Positions 42,322-55,699 of a stretch of 64,000 nucleotides of DNA are shown here, piece after piece; positions within the stretch are counted from its first letter, which is position 1, and every line of letters starts with the position of its first letter. The position numbers were made by a program, and so were the translations under genes. This DNA comes from the human T2T-CHM13v2.0 reference genome, Homo sapiens: NCBI RefSeq assembly GCF_009914755.1, contig NC_060927.1; one strand, given 5' to 3'. The notes under the pieces are model-generated. The model had not been told where the DNA came from. It was given only the letters and a program-made list of their open reading frames with translations, and ran no database searches.

Positions 42322-42715
42322 TGATATGCTTGCATTGCTATAAAGAAATAGCTGAGACGGAGTAATTTATAAAGAAAAGAGGTGAATTGGCTCACGGTTC
42401 TGCAGGCTATACAGGAAGCATGGCACCAAGATTTGTTTCACTTCTGGAGAAGCCTCAGGGAGATTTTACTCACGGCAGAAGGCAAAGGGAGAGCTGGCAT
42501 CTCACGTGGCGAAAGCAGCAGCAAGGGGGTTGGGTTGTGGGGGAGGTGCCACACAATTAGATTTTGTGAGAACTCACTCACTATTGTGAGGACGGCACCA
42601 AGCCATGAGGAATCCGCCCCCATGACCCAGACACTTCCCACCTGGCCCAACCTCCGACACTGGCGATTACATTTCAACATAAGATTTGGGCAGGGACGAA
42701 TGTCCAAACTATTAT
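42322..42715 (-). mobile_element. MaLR (MSTA/MSTB-like) LTR
   Basis: TTGCATTGCTATAAAGAAATA...AATTTATAAAGAAAAGAGG...ATGTCCAAACTATTATCA. Confidence 0.75.
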
Positions 42716-42856
42716 CAGTTGGACAAATCCACTATTCACTTACCAATAGAGAACCTCATTTACAGGGTCCCATGTGAGCCTGGCATTGTGTTCTAGGTTG
42801 TGGGTAGAAATCAAAAGCATGAAGTTTAGATGAAGAGGAAAAAAAAAATCGATATA

Positions 42857-43512
42857 TGGTAGTCCCCCCTTTTCTGTGGGGGATGTGTTCCAAGACCCAC
42901 AGTGGATGCTGAAACCACGGCTAGCACTGAACACTGCATATACTATGTTGTTTCCTGTACGTACATACCTCTGATAAAGTTTAATTTAGAAATTAGGCAC
43001 AGTAACAGATTAACAACAATAATGATAAAACAGAACAATCATAACAACATCCTGTAATAAAAGTTCAGTGAATGTGGCCTCTCTCTCAAAATATCTTACT
43101 GTACTGTACTGTCCAGTTAATATTTTTTGTTTGTTTGTTTGCTTGTTTTGAGATGGAGTTTCGCTCTGTTGCCCAGGCTGGAGTGCAATGGCGTGATCTT
43201 GGTTCACTGCAACGTCCTCCTCACAAGTTCATGCAATTCTCCTGCCTCAGCCTCCCTAGAAGCTGGAATTACAGGCACGCACTACCACACCAGGCTAATT
43301 TTTGTATTTTTAGTAGAGATGGGGTTTCACCATGTTGGCCAGGCTGGTCTTGAACTCCTGACCTCAGGTGATCCACCCGCTTCGGCCTCCCAGAGTGCTG
43401 GAATTACAGGCATGAGCCAACGCGCCCAGCCGCATTTAACACTTTTGAACTGCGGTTCACTGAGGGTAATTAAAACTGCAGAAAGTGAACTGCGGGTAAG
43501 AGGGGGCTACTG
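42857..43512. mobile_element. Tigger-family (MER8/Tigger2-like) non-autonomous DNA transposon interrupted by an Alu (~43125-43432)
   Basis: TIR-like ends GTAGTCCCCCTT ... AGAGGGGGCTACTG followed by TA. Confidence 0.7.
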
Positions 43513-45354
43513 TATGTAAATCATTGTAACTAAAAGGCCCAGAGGTATTGTCCCAGTCCCTTCCTTTTACAGAAATGCAGGCGGGGGGTCAATTTCATAC
43601 AGCTTGTTGACAGCAGAGCGGAGTCTCCTGTGCCTGGTGCACTAGCAGGGTCTGATGATATGTCATGGTGAGTGATGCAAACAGCGAGGGCTCTAAGAAT
43701 TCAGCAGGGATCTACAGTGGATGGTGAGGGAGCAGGAGCCAGTGCCTAAAAGGGGATGAGACTCTAGGAGCAGAATGCAGTCTCAGGGGTATCCAGGCAA
43801 TGGTGGGAGGGTGGTGTCCATGATTCCAAGATCAGGAATACTGGGAAATATCAGTACCTCACATCTGTCTAGCACTTTACAAAGCTCTAACATATAAATA
43901 TTATCACCTCAGTTCATTCTTACACCACCCTACAATACCTATCAACCTTTGGGAATTGTTAAGCATAATAACCCTATACACTGGGCAAAGCATACAGGGA
44001 CCTCAGGGCCATGGGTGAGAGGAAGGACACTGGGAGCCAATGAGGGATGTAGAGAGAGGGCCTTTCAGAGATAACCAGGCAGAAGAGGACATTGTACCAG
44101 ATGATGGAGTCAGCTAGGGCTTGGGCAGGGAAGAGAAGAGCGTCACTGATGGGTGAGACACAGCAGCACAAGAAGCTGAGGAGAGAGGCAGGTACTGAGG
44201 TTTAGGACAAGCTCCTCAGCTGTGGCATGACTATCTGTGATCGGGAGGTGTAGGGAGACTGCGGGGAAAGATCAGGCCCCACCCAGAAGAGTGCAGGGGC
44301 AGGCAGCGGGGTGGGTGGGAAACAAGGCAAAGCCTCAGTCCTGGCAGAAATCAAGGCCACTGTCCCATCCTAGCAACGGGGCAACACGTGGCAGTCACAT
44401 CGGGAGTAAAAGGTGAGCCCAGGAACCTTGAAAATCACAGAGCTGCTTCGAAGTGAGCACATTCAGTGATGATCTGGAGCCTAGCCTGGGAGAGTCAGGG
44501 ATAGGGTGGAAGGAAATAAGACTGGGGGCAGGTAGGCCTCAAATATTGGGCTGAAGGGTTTGGCTTTTGTGCTGTTGTAGGCAATGCGGAGCCCCTGGAG
44601 GCTGAGCTCACAGATGGCTTTCTTTGTAGACCTGAGACAACACGCGAACGAAGAATATGATCACTGTCCCGGGAATGTGTGAGTTTTCCTCCACAAACTT
44701 ACACAGTTTGGGCTCATTTCTCTTCTTTTTGCAACACATAGAAGACTGGAGAATTTGGTGGGCATACTGATACTGCTTAACTCAATATGAACAGAGCTGG
44801 CTGTTAAAACTTGGTTGGACCCTAATCAAAGTATGCAGGGAACTCAGTAGGATGGGCTGGAGAAGTGGGAGAGGATGCCAGGACCAAGTGAGCCAGGGAC
44901 TGAAGCAACTTTTTCTGAATGTATGAAAGAGAAAAGAAGAGCAAATATATATATGTAAATACGTGGTAACAGCATTTTATGTGTGTGGTGGCCTAGTTCC
45001 TTTAATACTTGCTTACTCAAATAGGTGTATATATAAAATAAGTTAAAATTGTTTTTCATTTGAGTGCTGATTTTTTTTTTTCCTTTCAGCCTGAAATAAG
45101 TCTCTGTGTGAAACATGCAAAAATTGCTGGCTTGGGTAGACACTACACACGCACACAGGCACACACACATTTTAGAGACAGGGTCTTACTCTGTTGCCCA
45201 GGCTGGAGTGCAGTGATACAATCATAGGGCCTTGCAGCCTTGAACTCCTGAGCTCAAGCAATCCTCCTGCCTCAGCAAAACATTTTGAGAGTTCATGCAG
45301 ATTACTGATTTTCTAAGCTTACTACAAGGTATTTTTAATTTTTTTTTAATTTAA

Positions 45355-45576
<222 letters not shown>

Positions 45577-46821
45577 TGATCTGCCTGCCTCAGCCTCCCA
45601 AAGTGCTGGGATTACAGGTGCGAGCCACCACGCCCAGCTGGTATTTTTTATTTTTATAAGAAAGATACTTGGCTGGGCACGGTAGCTCATACCTGTAATC
45701 CCAGCACTTTGGGAGGCCAAGGCAGGCAGATCACGAGGTCAGGAGATCGAGACCATCCTGGCCAACATGATGAAACCCCATCTCTACTAAAATACAAGAA
45801 CTTAGCCAGGCATGGTGGTGCGCACCTGTAGTCCCAGCTACTCGGGAGGCCGAGGCAGGGGAATCGCTTGAACCCGGGAAGCGGAGGTTTCAGTGAGCCG
45901 AGATAGCACCACTGCACTCCAGCCTGGTGACAGAGCAATACTCCATCTCAAAAACAAGACAAAACAAAAAAAGAAAGATACTAATTCTCTCTCAGTGATT
46001 ATTAGCAACTCTGATTCCTTTTGGCCCTACATTGGTTTGGAAAAGAAATACACACTTCAGAGATACACCAGTCTAAATGTACAAGTTTAAACTCTGGTTC
46101 ACAGAGCAAAACTTTGCAAAAGGTCCGGATGTAGCCCAGTAACCTAGATTAATCTTGAGACTCCTCCTTTCATGAGACCTAGTTTGCTAGTGGGGCAGAT
46201 TAGGCAGAAATTAGCCATGCAGTTCACCACTCACGAGGCAGCAGCAGTAGCATGGTGGTGAAGTGCTTGATACCCTGCAGATCCAGGTTCAAGAAAGACC
46301 AGCTTTGTCCTTTTGGATAAGTTACCTTATTTCAGTGCCTTAAATACTATTTATTTATTTATTTAGAGACAGGGTCTTTCTCTGTCACCCAAGGTGGAGT
46401 GCAGTGGCATGATTTCCGCTCACTGCAACGTCTGCCTCCCAGGCTCAGGTGGTCCTCTCACCTCAACCTCCTGAGTAGCTGGGGCCACGGGTGTGTGCCA
46501 CTATGCCTGGCTAATTTTTTGTAGAGATGGGGTTTTGCCATGTTGCCTAGGCTGGTCTTGAACTCCTGGCCTCAAGCTATCTGCCTGCCTTGGCCTCCCA
46601 AAGGGTTGGGATTACAGGTGTGAACCACTGCGCCTGGCCAAATATTTAATCTTTTGTTTTAAAAAATGGAGGTGACACCTTCTAGTCTCCGTATGAAGAG
46701 TAAATGAGATGGGAGAAGCACAGCACCTGGCTCAGAGTAAAGTTTCACTAATGTTAGGACAATGGTACTGGCCAAGTTTTCTCTAAAGGATAAAGCCCGA
46801 ACTCAGCCCCTCAGACAGTGA

Positions 46822-47474
<653 letters not shown>

Positions 47475-47660
47475 AAGAAGTTTCTTTAAGGCAGCTCCAG
47501 CTTTTTCAGTCAAAATGAAATGGTCCTGAAATTTGCATATGCAATGTTTACCTTTCTTTTTCATTAAACGAGAGAGGGAACCAAAACAAAAATACAGTTT
47601 GACCATTTAAAATGTTGGAAGAGCTGCCAACTTGGTAGCACTATCTAGAGTGGCTCCATT

Positions 47661-47675
47661 CTGCCATCTAGTGGA
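47661..47675 (-). promoter_or_regulatory. Candidate CTCF site
   Basis: Reverse complement TCCACTAGATGGCAG matches the CTCF core CCASYAGRKGGCRS; lies in non-repeat sequence between Alus. Confidence 0.6.
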
Positions 47676-48358
47676 AGGGAAAAGACAAATTTAGACCAAA
47701 ATACTTCCATCTTTAATTTACAAAAAAGTGTGTTCTTTTGTTTTTTGTTTTTTAAAGTTGGGGTCTTGCTCTGTTACCTAGGCTGGAGTGCAAGCAGTGT
47801 GATCATAGCTCAACAGCCTGGAGCTCCTGGGCTGAAGCCATCCTCCCACTTCAACCTTCCTGGTCACTGGGATTACAGGCATGAGCCGCAGCACCAGGCT
47901 GTGTTTTCTGATTAGCATAATTTAAATTATCTACTAAATTTGCTCGTTAATAGATTCACTTTGTAAAGAAAAACCACACAGTATTCTAAACACTAAGCAG
48001 TAAAACTAAATTTCCCAAAACATTTATATTTATAAACTATGAATTTCAAAGATCTGCAGAGGAAAGAGAGAACGTTCTTGAGCTCTTATTATCATAAATT
48101 TTCCTGCCCCTCCCTTTCCCGTTTATATTATCCATTTCTACACATACTCTTTACGTTTATTTTGGCACATAGACTGGGAGAAGCCCAGAGTCTCTGAGGA
48201 TTATATCTTTCCCAAAATACTGAGCAAAATCAGTGGGTGAGTAAGATCATTCCATTCATTTTTCAAAAATGTACACTCACTTAAAATGTTGATGTATCCG
48301 GGCATGGTGGCTCAAGCCTGTAATCCCAGCACTTTCAGAGGCTGAGGCAGGCGGATCA

Positions 48359-48616
<258 letters not shown>

Positions 48617-49124
48617 TTAAGGCCTGTGTGCTTGAATTTGTTTTTTGCTGGTGTATGTATGCATGTTTGCTTTGTTTTGATTTCTATGGACATTATCTAG
48701 GTATTTATGATGATTTCCATTGCCTAGGATGAAGACATCTGCAGCCAAAACTCCCTGAAAAGTTAGTAACAGTAGCATACCTGAAGTGACTGGTGCTATT
48801 CTGAGGCTGTTACTCTTTTTTTGAAACAGGGTCTTGCTCTGTCGCCCAGGCTGAGCGCGATGACATGATTTCGGCTCACTGCAGCCTTGACCTCCCAGAC
48901 TCAAGCAATCCTCCTGCCTCGGCCTCCCAATGTGCTGGGATTACAGCACAGGCCACCACACCCGGCTAATTTTTAAAGTTTTTTTTAGAGACGGGGTCTC
49001 CCTATGTTGCCCAGGCTGGTCTCAAACTCCTGGGCTCAAGAGATCCTCTTGCCTTGACCTCCCAAAGTGTTGGGATTACAGGTGTGAGCCAACACATCTG
49101 GCTGGTTATTACTCGTATTACTAG

Positions 49125-49482
<358 letters not shown>

Positions 49483-49762
49483 TGATGTACATTTTGCTAA
49501 TCCTTCCACTAAATCTCCAAAGTAGATATCATTGTCTTCACTTTAGAAATAAAAAAATGATGCTTATGACCACCTACCAGCAAATCTTGATGCGCCAGGG
49601 ACTGGGGGGAATAATCATTGACTAGCTGGCTATTATGAGTCACAGTTTCCATTCCTGCAAAATGAGAATTTTTTTGACTTAGGGGTGGGGTGTTCTCTAA
49701 GCTTTTTGCCTGATTCTAATTCTTCTGCTAGAAGCTGTGGGTTTACAGAGGTGAAAAAGATA

Positions 49763-49970
49763 GCCCTTCCACCAAACATATATTCTATTATATATATCTT
49801 ATCTATATATATTATATATATTCTATTATATGTATCTTATCTATACATATTATATATTCTATTATATATATCTTATCTCTATATATTATATATATTCTAT
49901 TTATCTTATCTCTATATATTATATATATTCTATTATATATCCCTTCCACCAAAAATATATTCTTTTATAT
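49763..49970. repeat. AT-rich ~39-nt minisatellite bracketed by two CCCTTCCACCAAA copies
   Basis: Repeats of TATATTCTATTATATATATCTTATCT...; bracket motifs at ~49764 and ~49941. Confidence 0.8.
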
Positions 49971-50784
49971 TAATAAAATATAAACCCAGGGTCCAATGGA
50001 AAAGACTTAAGGGCAGACACAGAGTGGGATGTGGTTTGTGTTAGGAGAGGGCTGAAGGGACATCATGGCAGGCATTTGTGTGACCTCCCACAAAACACCC
50101 TCCTCCACTCTGACCTCACTTTGTTCTTCCTTCCCTTTGTCCTTATTATTTCCTTTCTGCTTCTCTTTCTTTTCTGTCTCCCTCTGCCCTGCCCTAGAAC
50201 GGTGCCTTTCTAATTGTGGGTTATAACACATTATTAGTAGGTCATAAAATCAATTCAGTGGATGTGGACCAGCATTTTAAAAAGGGAATTAATAGAATAT
50301 AAACTCCTTAAAAGGCGTCACTCATACTCAGGATAATACTGCTGTGTAAAATTTGTTTTAATATGTGTCAGCATGTGTACACTGTGTCAAGATGTAACAC
50401 TTACATCCTATTTTAAGACCCTGCTGTAGACTAAACCAGGACCCCCATGGTGCTCCAGGCGTCCCCACCCTCACCTGTGGCACCAGGAGCTCCTGCTGTC
50501 ACTGGCCCAGCTGGGTCCTGTGTCTTTCTCTGCGTTGTCAGGGCCTGCGCTGGCAGTCCACCTACAGGGAGGTGGAATCCGGGGCTTGACGGCACTGGGA
50601 GGATCCTTCATCTTTCCAGGCTCAAGCAAATCCTCGCCTGGAGGCGGGGAATGGGCTAGATGACCCCTGAAACAGTCCAGTCCAGCATCTGAGAGCTCCT
50701 CTGGGTCCAGCCCTGTGCCGCCTTTCCACGCTTCCCTGCAGGGCCCTGGGGAGAGCAGAGAAAGCAGCTGCCAGCTCCAGGCAG

Positions 50785-50879
50785 TCATTTTACCCCAGGT
50801 GCCACTTACCCTGCGGAGGGGCTGGAACCAGCTAATCATTTTACCCCAGGTGGCACTTACCCTGCGGAGTGGCTGGAGC
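50785..50879. repeat. 51-bp tandem duplication
   Basis: TCATTTTACCCCAGGTG(C/G)CACTTACCCTGCGGAG at 50785 and 50836. Confidence 0.92.
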
Positions 50880-52584
50880 TTCTCAGGTTTTTCAGTTCCT
50901 GTGTCACCTCCCAGCCCTGCCCACCACATGCTGTGGGTGTCTATGGCTGACGAACGCCCCTGAGCCAGGCCAACCCCCAGCCTCCCAGTGGGTGGCTCTG
51001 TGGTCCCTGGCAGCCCCGGCATCATCCGGAGCACAGAGGCCATGGACACTCAGGGGATGGTCAAGGTCGTAGCTCCCTCCGTTCTTCCGTTCCTCCCTCA
51101 CAGAGCTTTCAGCAAGATAGATGGTCATTCTTCTGTCCTCACTGCTCCCGGCATAAGGGGACCCCAGGGCTGGATGACTTCCCTAAAGAGGAATCTCTCA
51201 GGGTTTCCTGCAGCCGCTCCCAAGTCCCGTCTGGAGGATGAAGGTGGCGGACACATCCCTGACGCAGTTTCTCCTCTGCCCTCCACCCCTCACCCATCCC
51301 ACCTCCTGGACTAGGAACTCAACCAGGACTTGCTTCAACCTGAGAAGATGGTGTCCAGCCCCCTTGGAGCCTGCCAGCATCCGGCGGGATTTCAGAGGGG
51401 CCTCCAGGGAGGCGCTGCCCAGCTGCCCCCAGTGTTGCTCACACAGCCCCCACTGATCTGCTCTGGGGAGGCCACGGCCCCAGAACGCGGCTTGTGGGGG
51501 GCCTGGGGCAGCAGGCCGGGAGACGTCACTTGTCCGCTGCCTGCTCACCCAGATAACTGCAGCTCCCTCCACTGCCGCCTACAGCCCTCCCGCCATGCCT
51601 CTGCCCAGAAGGCCCTCCCTCTCCAGTCCTGTCCGCCCCTCAAGGCCTGCCCAAACCTCCCTGAATTCTCGCCTGAGCAGACACTTTCCTAGCACGGCTC
51701 CCGCCGCGTGGATTACTCAGCCGAGCCTCAGTCTGGGGCTGCCCTGTGCTGGGAGCTTTATGCAGATGCTCGGCTCCCTACCCTGGCTTGTGAGCCGTGT
51801 GGCGCAGAAACCGCATCTCACTCAGAGCGAGGGTAAAGAGCAGCAGGGCTGGAGAAGCCAGCTGCCCTGCCACAGGCCAAGAGGACTTGGCCAAGTGACC
51901 ATTGCTGTCTGTTTCCCCAACTGTAAAGGGGGCTGAGACCCTTACAGGGTTGTGAGGCTTAAACTTTGACAAACGCCTACCATCCCACCAGGCACAGGGC
52001 AGTTGCTGAGTATTTGGCGGTGGCTGCTGTTCCCCACAGTGTCCAACACCTCCCGGGGATGTAACAGGTGCACCACGGGCAAGACTGATGGGTTTATCAG
52101 TTCACTGCGGAGAGAGGCAGGGATGGATGCACTTGCTTGTTCCTCTTATTTTCCCTTATGGGGAGCAGTGACACTTGGCAGAGGCTGCCAGGGAGATGGG
52201 AAATGGACATTAATTACGGGAAAGAAAAGGAGGCAAGAAGGGGAGGAGGGTGGGAAATAGACAGGGGAGGAAGAAGGGACGGAGGCATGGTTAGAAGACA
52301 GGCAAGCAAAAAAGACGACTGTTTTCTTGGACGAACAGGGAGGTAGGGCCATGAAAAGCATGTGGACGCTTCTTCTCAGTGAATTAAGGCATTTCAGCGC
52401 TGGAAAGAGCCTGAAAAAATCAGACTCCCTTCACAGCCCAGCGGAGTGCAGGCCCTGGGAGAGCAGGAGTTAGAGATGGGGAGGACCCCGCCTGCAACAG
52501 GCACTGCCTGCTACACCCTGCCATGGGCAGAGGGGCTGTCCTCCCACCCCAGAGAGGCCCCATCCTTTCCTTTCTTTCCCCAAG

Positions 52585-53370
52585 GCTGCTCCAGCAGGGA
52601 GTTTAGCTCCATGGACACCTTTGAAGGCTATGAAGGTGCAGAAGACATGGAAAAGGTGAGCAGCGCTCTGAACGTAATTTCTTTCTTTCTTGTTTATTTC
52701 ATCTTCTTCCTCCTTCCTATTCATCAGCTCCTCCTGCCTACTGTCCCTCGCCTCCATCCCTCTCCCCCTCTTCAGGATTCTCACCCATAAGGACCTGGTT
52801 AAGCCAGGGAACCGAGGTCACTAGTCCTCAAAGTGGCTCTGACCCTGCTAGCCCGGCATGTCCCCACGTGGCTGTCTCCTTGGCGGTGCGCTGGTGTCCG
52901 GTCATAACTGGGGCTCCCGCTGAGAGCCCCGTGGCCCAGGTGGGAGGGCTGGGGTGGGCCTCAGCCTGCCAGCGGAAGTCACCACATTGCCCGGCCTGGC
53001 CACAGCCTCCAGCAATAACTCTGAGGGTGCACCCGTCCCCCCCCCGCCCCCCCTTCCAGCTCGCGGGGCCTTTTCCAGTTGGATGACAGTCACGAAACCT
53101 GTTCCTCCAAATCCGCTTTCCTGGAGAGGAGAGAAAGCACCCAGGGAGAAAAAGAAGAACGCGATGAGGAGGCAACGTGAGTGTGAGCGAGGAAAACTAA
53201 GCGCCTCTGTGGGCCACGGCGTCTCTGACTTTCTTCTCGGAATTGCAGGGCGACCGGCAGCACCAAGAAGGAGCGTGCTGGGGCGTCCACGCCGGCTGAC
53301 TCCTGCGGGGGCGACGGCTGGTTTCCAGGCGAGGGCGCGGCGCCCGAGGACCTCCACCCCGGAGAGCTGC
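52585..53370 (+). pseudogene. MCF2L2P1: Unprocessed partial duplicate of the last three coding exons of MCF2L2 (Rho-GEF), with frameshifts
   Basis: Exon-like blocks 52585-52673 (CSSREFSSMDTFEGYEGAEDMEKVSSALN), 53060-53176 (LAG/LFQLDDSHETCSSKSAFLERRESTQGEKEERDEEAT), 53249-53370 (ATGSTKKERAGAST/RLTPAGATAGFQARARRPRTSTPES) with AG/GT boundaries; resembles the recalled MCF2L2 C-terminus; +1 and -2 frameshifts, stop lost. Confidence 0.8.
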
Positions 53371-53760
53371 CCTCCCTGCGGTCGCCCCGGCTCCCCGGCT
53401 CCAGAGCGCCCGCATTCCCGGGAGAGGCGATGTGGGGGCCCGGGCCCTGCCCAGCTACGCAGAAAGCAGCCGGGGCCGCGGCGGCGGCAGAAAGGGGACG
53501 CCCAGGGCCGCCTCCCGGGAGCCCGAGGGGTGCCCTGCGTGCTCGTCTAGCTCCCGCCGCCCGGCGAAGGACCTCGCGGGGCGGGGACCCCTAGTGCGCC
53601 TGCGCGAGCGCGGCGGGCGGAGGCAGACGCTCGCGGAGGCCACGCCTCCTAAGGCTCGGCCGAGCCTAGGAGGAGCCGGAGCTGGCTCGGGGCTGCTCCC
53701 ACCCGCCAGCGCCGGCTGCCCAGCCTGGCAGTGGACCGGGTGTGCAAGCCACTTAGCACC
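52830..53760. promoter_or_regulatory. CpG island not attached to an intact protein-coding TSS in this window
   Basis: Very GC/CpG-rich; NRF1-like TGCGCCTGCGC at ~53594-53604; overlaps the MCF2L2-like copy. Confidence 0.75.
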
Positions 53761-53832
53761 TGACAGGTTAATTCAGAGCGGGTGGTTCCAAGGTAACTGC
53801 TGAGAGATTTACGTTTGGATTTGTTAGTTTAA

Positions 53833-53994
<162 letters not shown>

Positions 53995-55117
53995 TAGATG
54001 GGGGTTTCACCATCTTGGTCAGGCTGGTATCGAACTCCTGACCTCAGGTAATCCGCCCGCCTCGGCCTCCCAAAGTGCTGGGATTACAGGTGTGAGCCAC
54101 TGCGGCCTGCCGATTTTCAGAATTTTCGTCAGAGGTTTGCATCTGTTTAGTTTTTTAGTTATCTTCAGACTTGTCATGTTTTCTTTTCATAAGTTGCAAA
54201 TTAACTTTTCTGTTTTTAATTTTTACTTACTTAGTTTTAAGGTGTATTTACTTTCAGAATTTCTTAGGTTTAACATTGCTGTCAGTCAGGGTCCAATCAC
54301 TGAAATAGACCCCACACCAATTATTTTAACAGAAAATTTAATATAAGGAATTGTCACACAACTATTGGAGAACTAAAAAGGCAAAAAAAAAAAAAAAGGA
54401 TGATATTGAGATATCATGGAGATTTCAACTGCAAGAAGCAGCTACTACCTCAAGAGCTAAGGGAACAAAAAGAAGTTGGAATGATCAAAACTCAGAAGTC
54501 TGAAGATGGCCCCAGGGCTGGGGTTGTTCTTTGCGGAGGAGACACTGCTCAGAGCCTGGGGTCTGGGAGCTGGATGCAGAACTCGGGAGGGGACATGGCC
54601 AGCTCGTGCTGGTGTCTCTGAATGGGCATCATCAGGCTGGTTATGGGAGTGCTGGGAAAATGACAAGCTGGAACCAACTGCTGCTACTGACACCACCTGT
54701 CATTCTCAGAGTGGAGACCTGTTGCTAGAACGCTGACAGGAACCCAGGAGCACAGGAAGGAGCCCATCGTGACCCTGCACCACAGAGCAGGGGCGGGGGT
54801 GGGGGTGGGGGGCAGGGGGATGTAAAAGCTGAGGACCATCCCAGCACACTTGCTTTGGAGTTACGTAGAGCTCCGTTAGGATTCAGTCAGTTTTGGAATG
54901 GTTAGGGGTGATTTCATTTTTTCACTACATGTGGGATCTGGCAGAATCTTCAGTCTCCTGGTCTTGTTTCTGGAATGGAGTGGGTCACGAACACCTCACA
55001 GGAGTCTCTCCCAGGAGACTTGAGAGGATCACTTTAGAATTTAAGAAAACAAAAATAACATGTCTCACTTTGTTCACAAAGAAGCCCTTTGACAAAGTGG
55101 CCAAAAACGGGCAGAGC

Positions 55118-55699
55118 CTAAGGAACAGACTCTTAGGGAGGGGTCCTTGGAACAGTATCCTGCAGAGCGTTCCTCTTTCAAATTCTTTAGAATTTTACGC
55201 TGTTTTGTGGGGCCACCCTGTCCCACTCCCTTTCCTAACAACACAGTGCCTTTCTTGCTTTGAAGTTGTAAACTGTTTTTTTAATTGTTTGCACAATAAA
55301 ATAAAGTTCCTCCCAATAAGGGACAGACTCTTAGGGAGGGGTCCTTGGGACAGTATCCTGCAGAGCGTTCCTCTTTCAAATTCTTTAGAACTTTACGCTG
55401 TTTTGTGGGGCCACCCTCTCCCACTGCCCTTCCTAACAACACAGTGCCTTTCTTGCTTTGAAGTTGTAAACTGTTTTTTTAATTGTTTGCACAATAAAAT
55501 AAAGTTCCTCCCAATAAGGGACAGACTCTTAGGGAGGGGTCCTTGGAACAGTGTCCTGCAGAGTGTTCCTCTTTCAAATTCTTTAGAACTTTATGCTGTT
55601 TTGTGGGGCCACCCTCTCCCACTGCCCTTCCTAACAACACAGTGCCTTTCATGTTTTGAAGTTGTAGACTGTTTGCATAATAAAATAAAGTTCCTCCCA
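55118..55699. repeat. Tandem repeat, 198-bp unit x ~3 (third copy 12 bp shorter)
   Basis: ACAGACTCTTAGGGAGGGGTCCTTGG at 55125, 55323 and 55521. Confidence 0.97.

Noticed and set aside
46218-46248. CTCF-like TCACGAGGCAGCAGCA with upstream TGCAG
   Set aside because: Core deviates at key G positions and the upstream motif spacing is wrong
52954-53550. 198-aa ORF as a novel protein
   Set aside because: GC-rich frame running across pseudogene exons and introns; only PAGATAGFQAR..RPRTS is in the ancestral frame
55118-55699. CRISPR-like array interpretation
   Set aside because: Whole units repeat with no unique spacers; eukaryotic context and no cas genes
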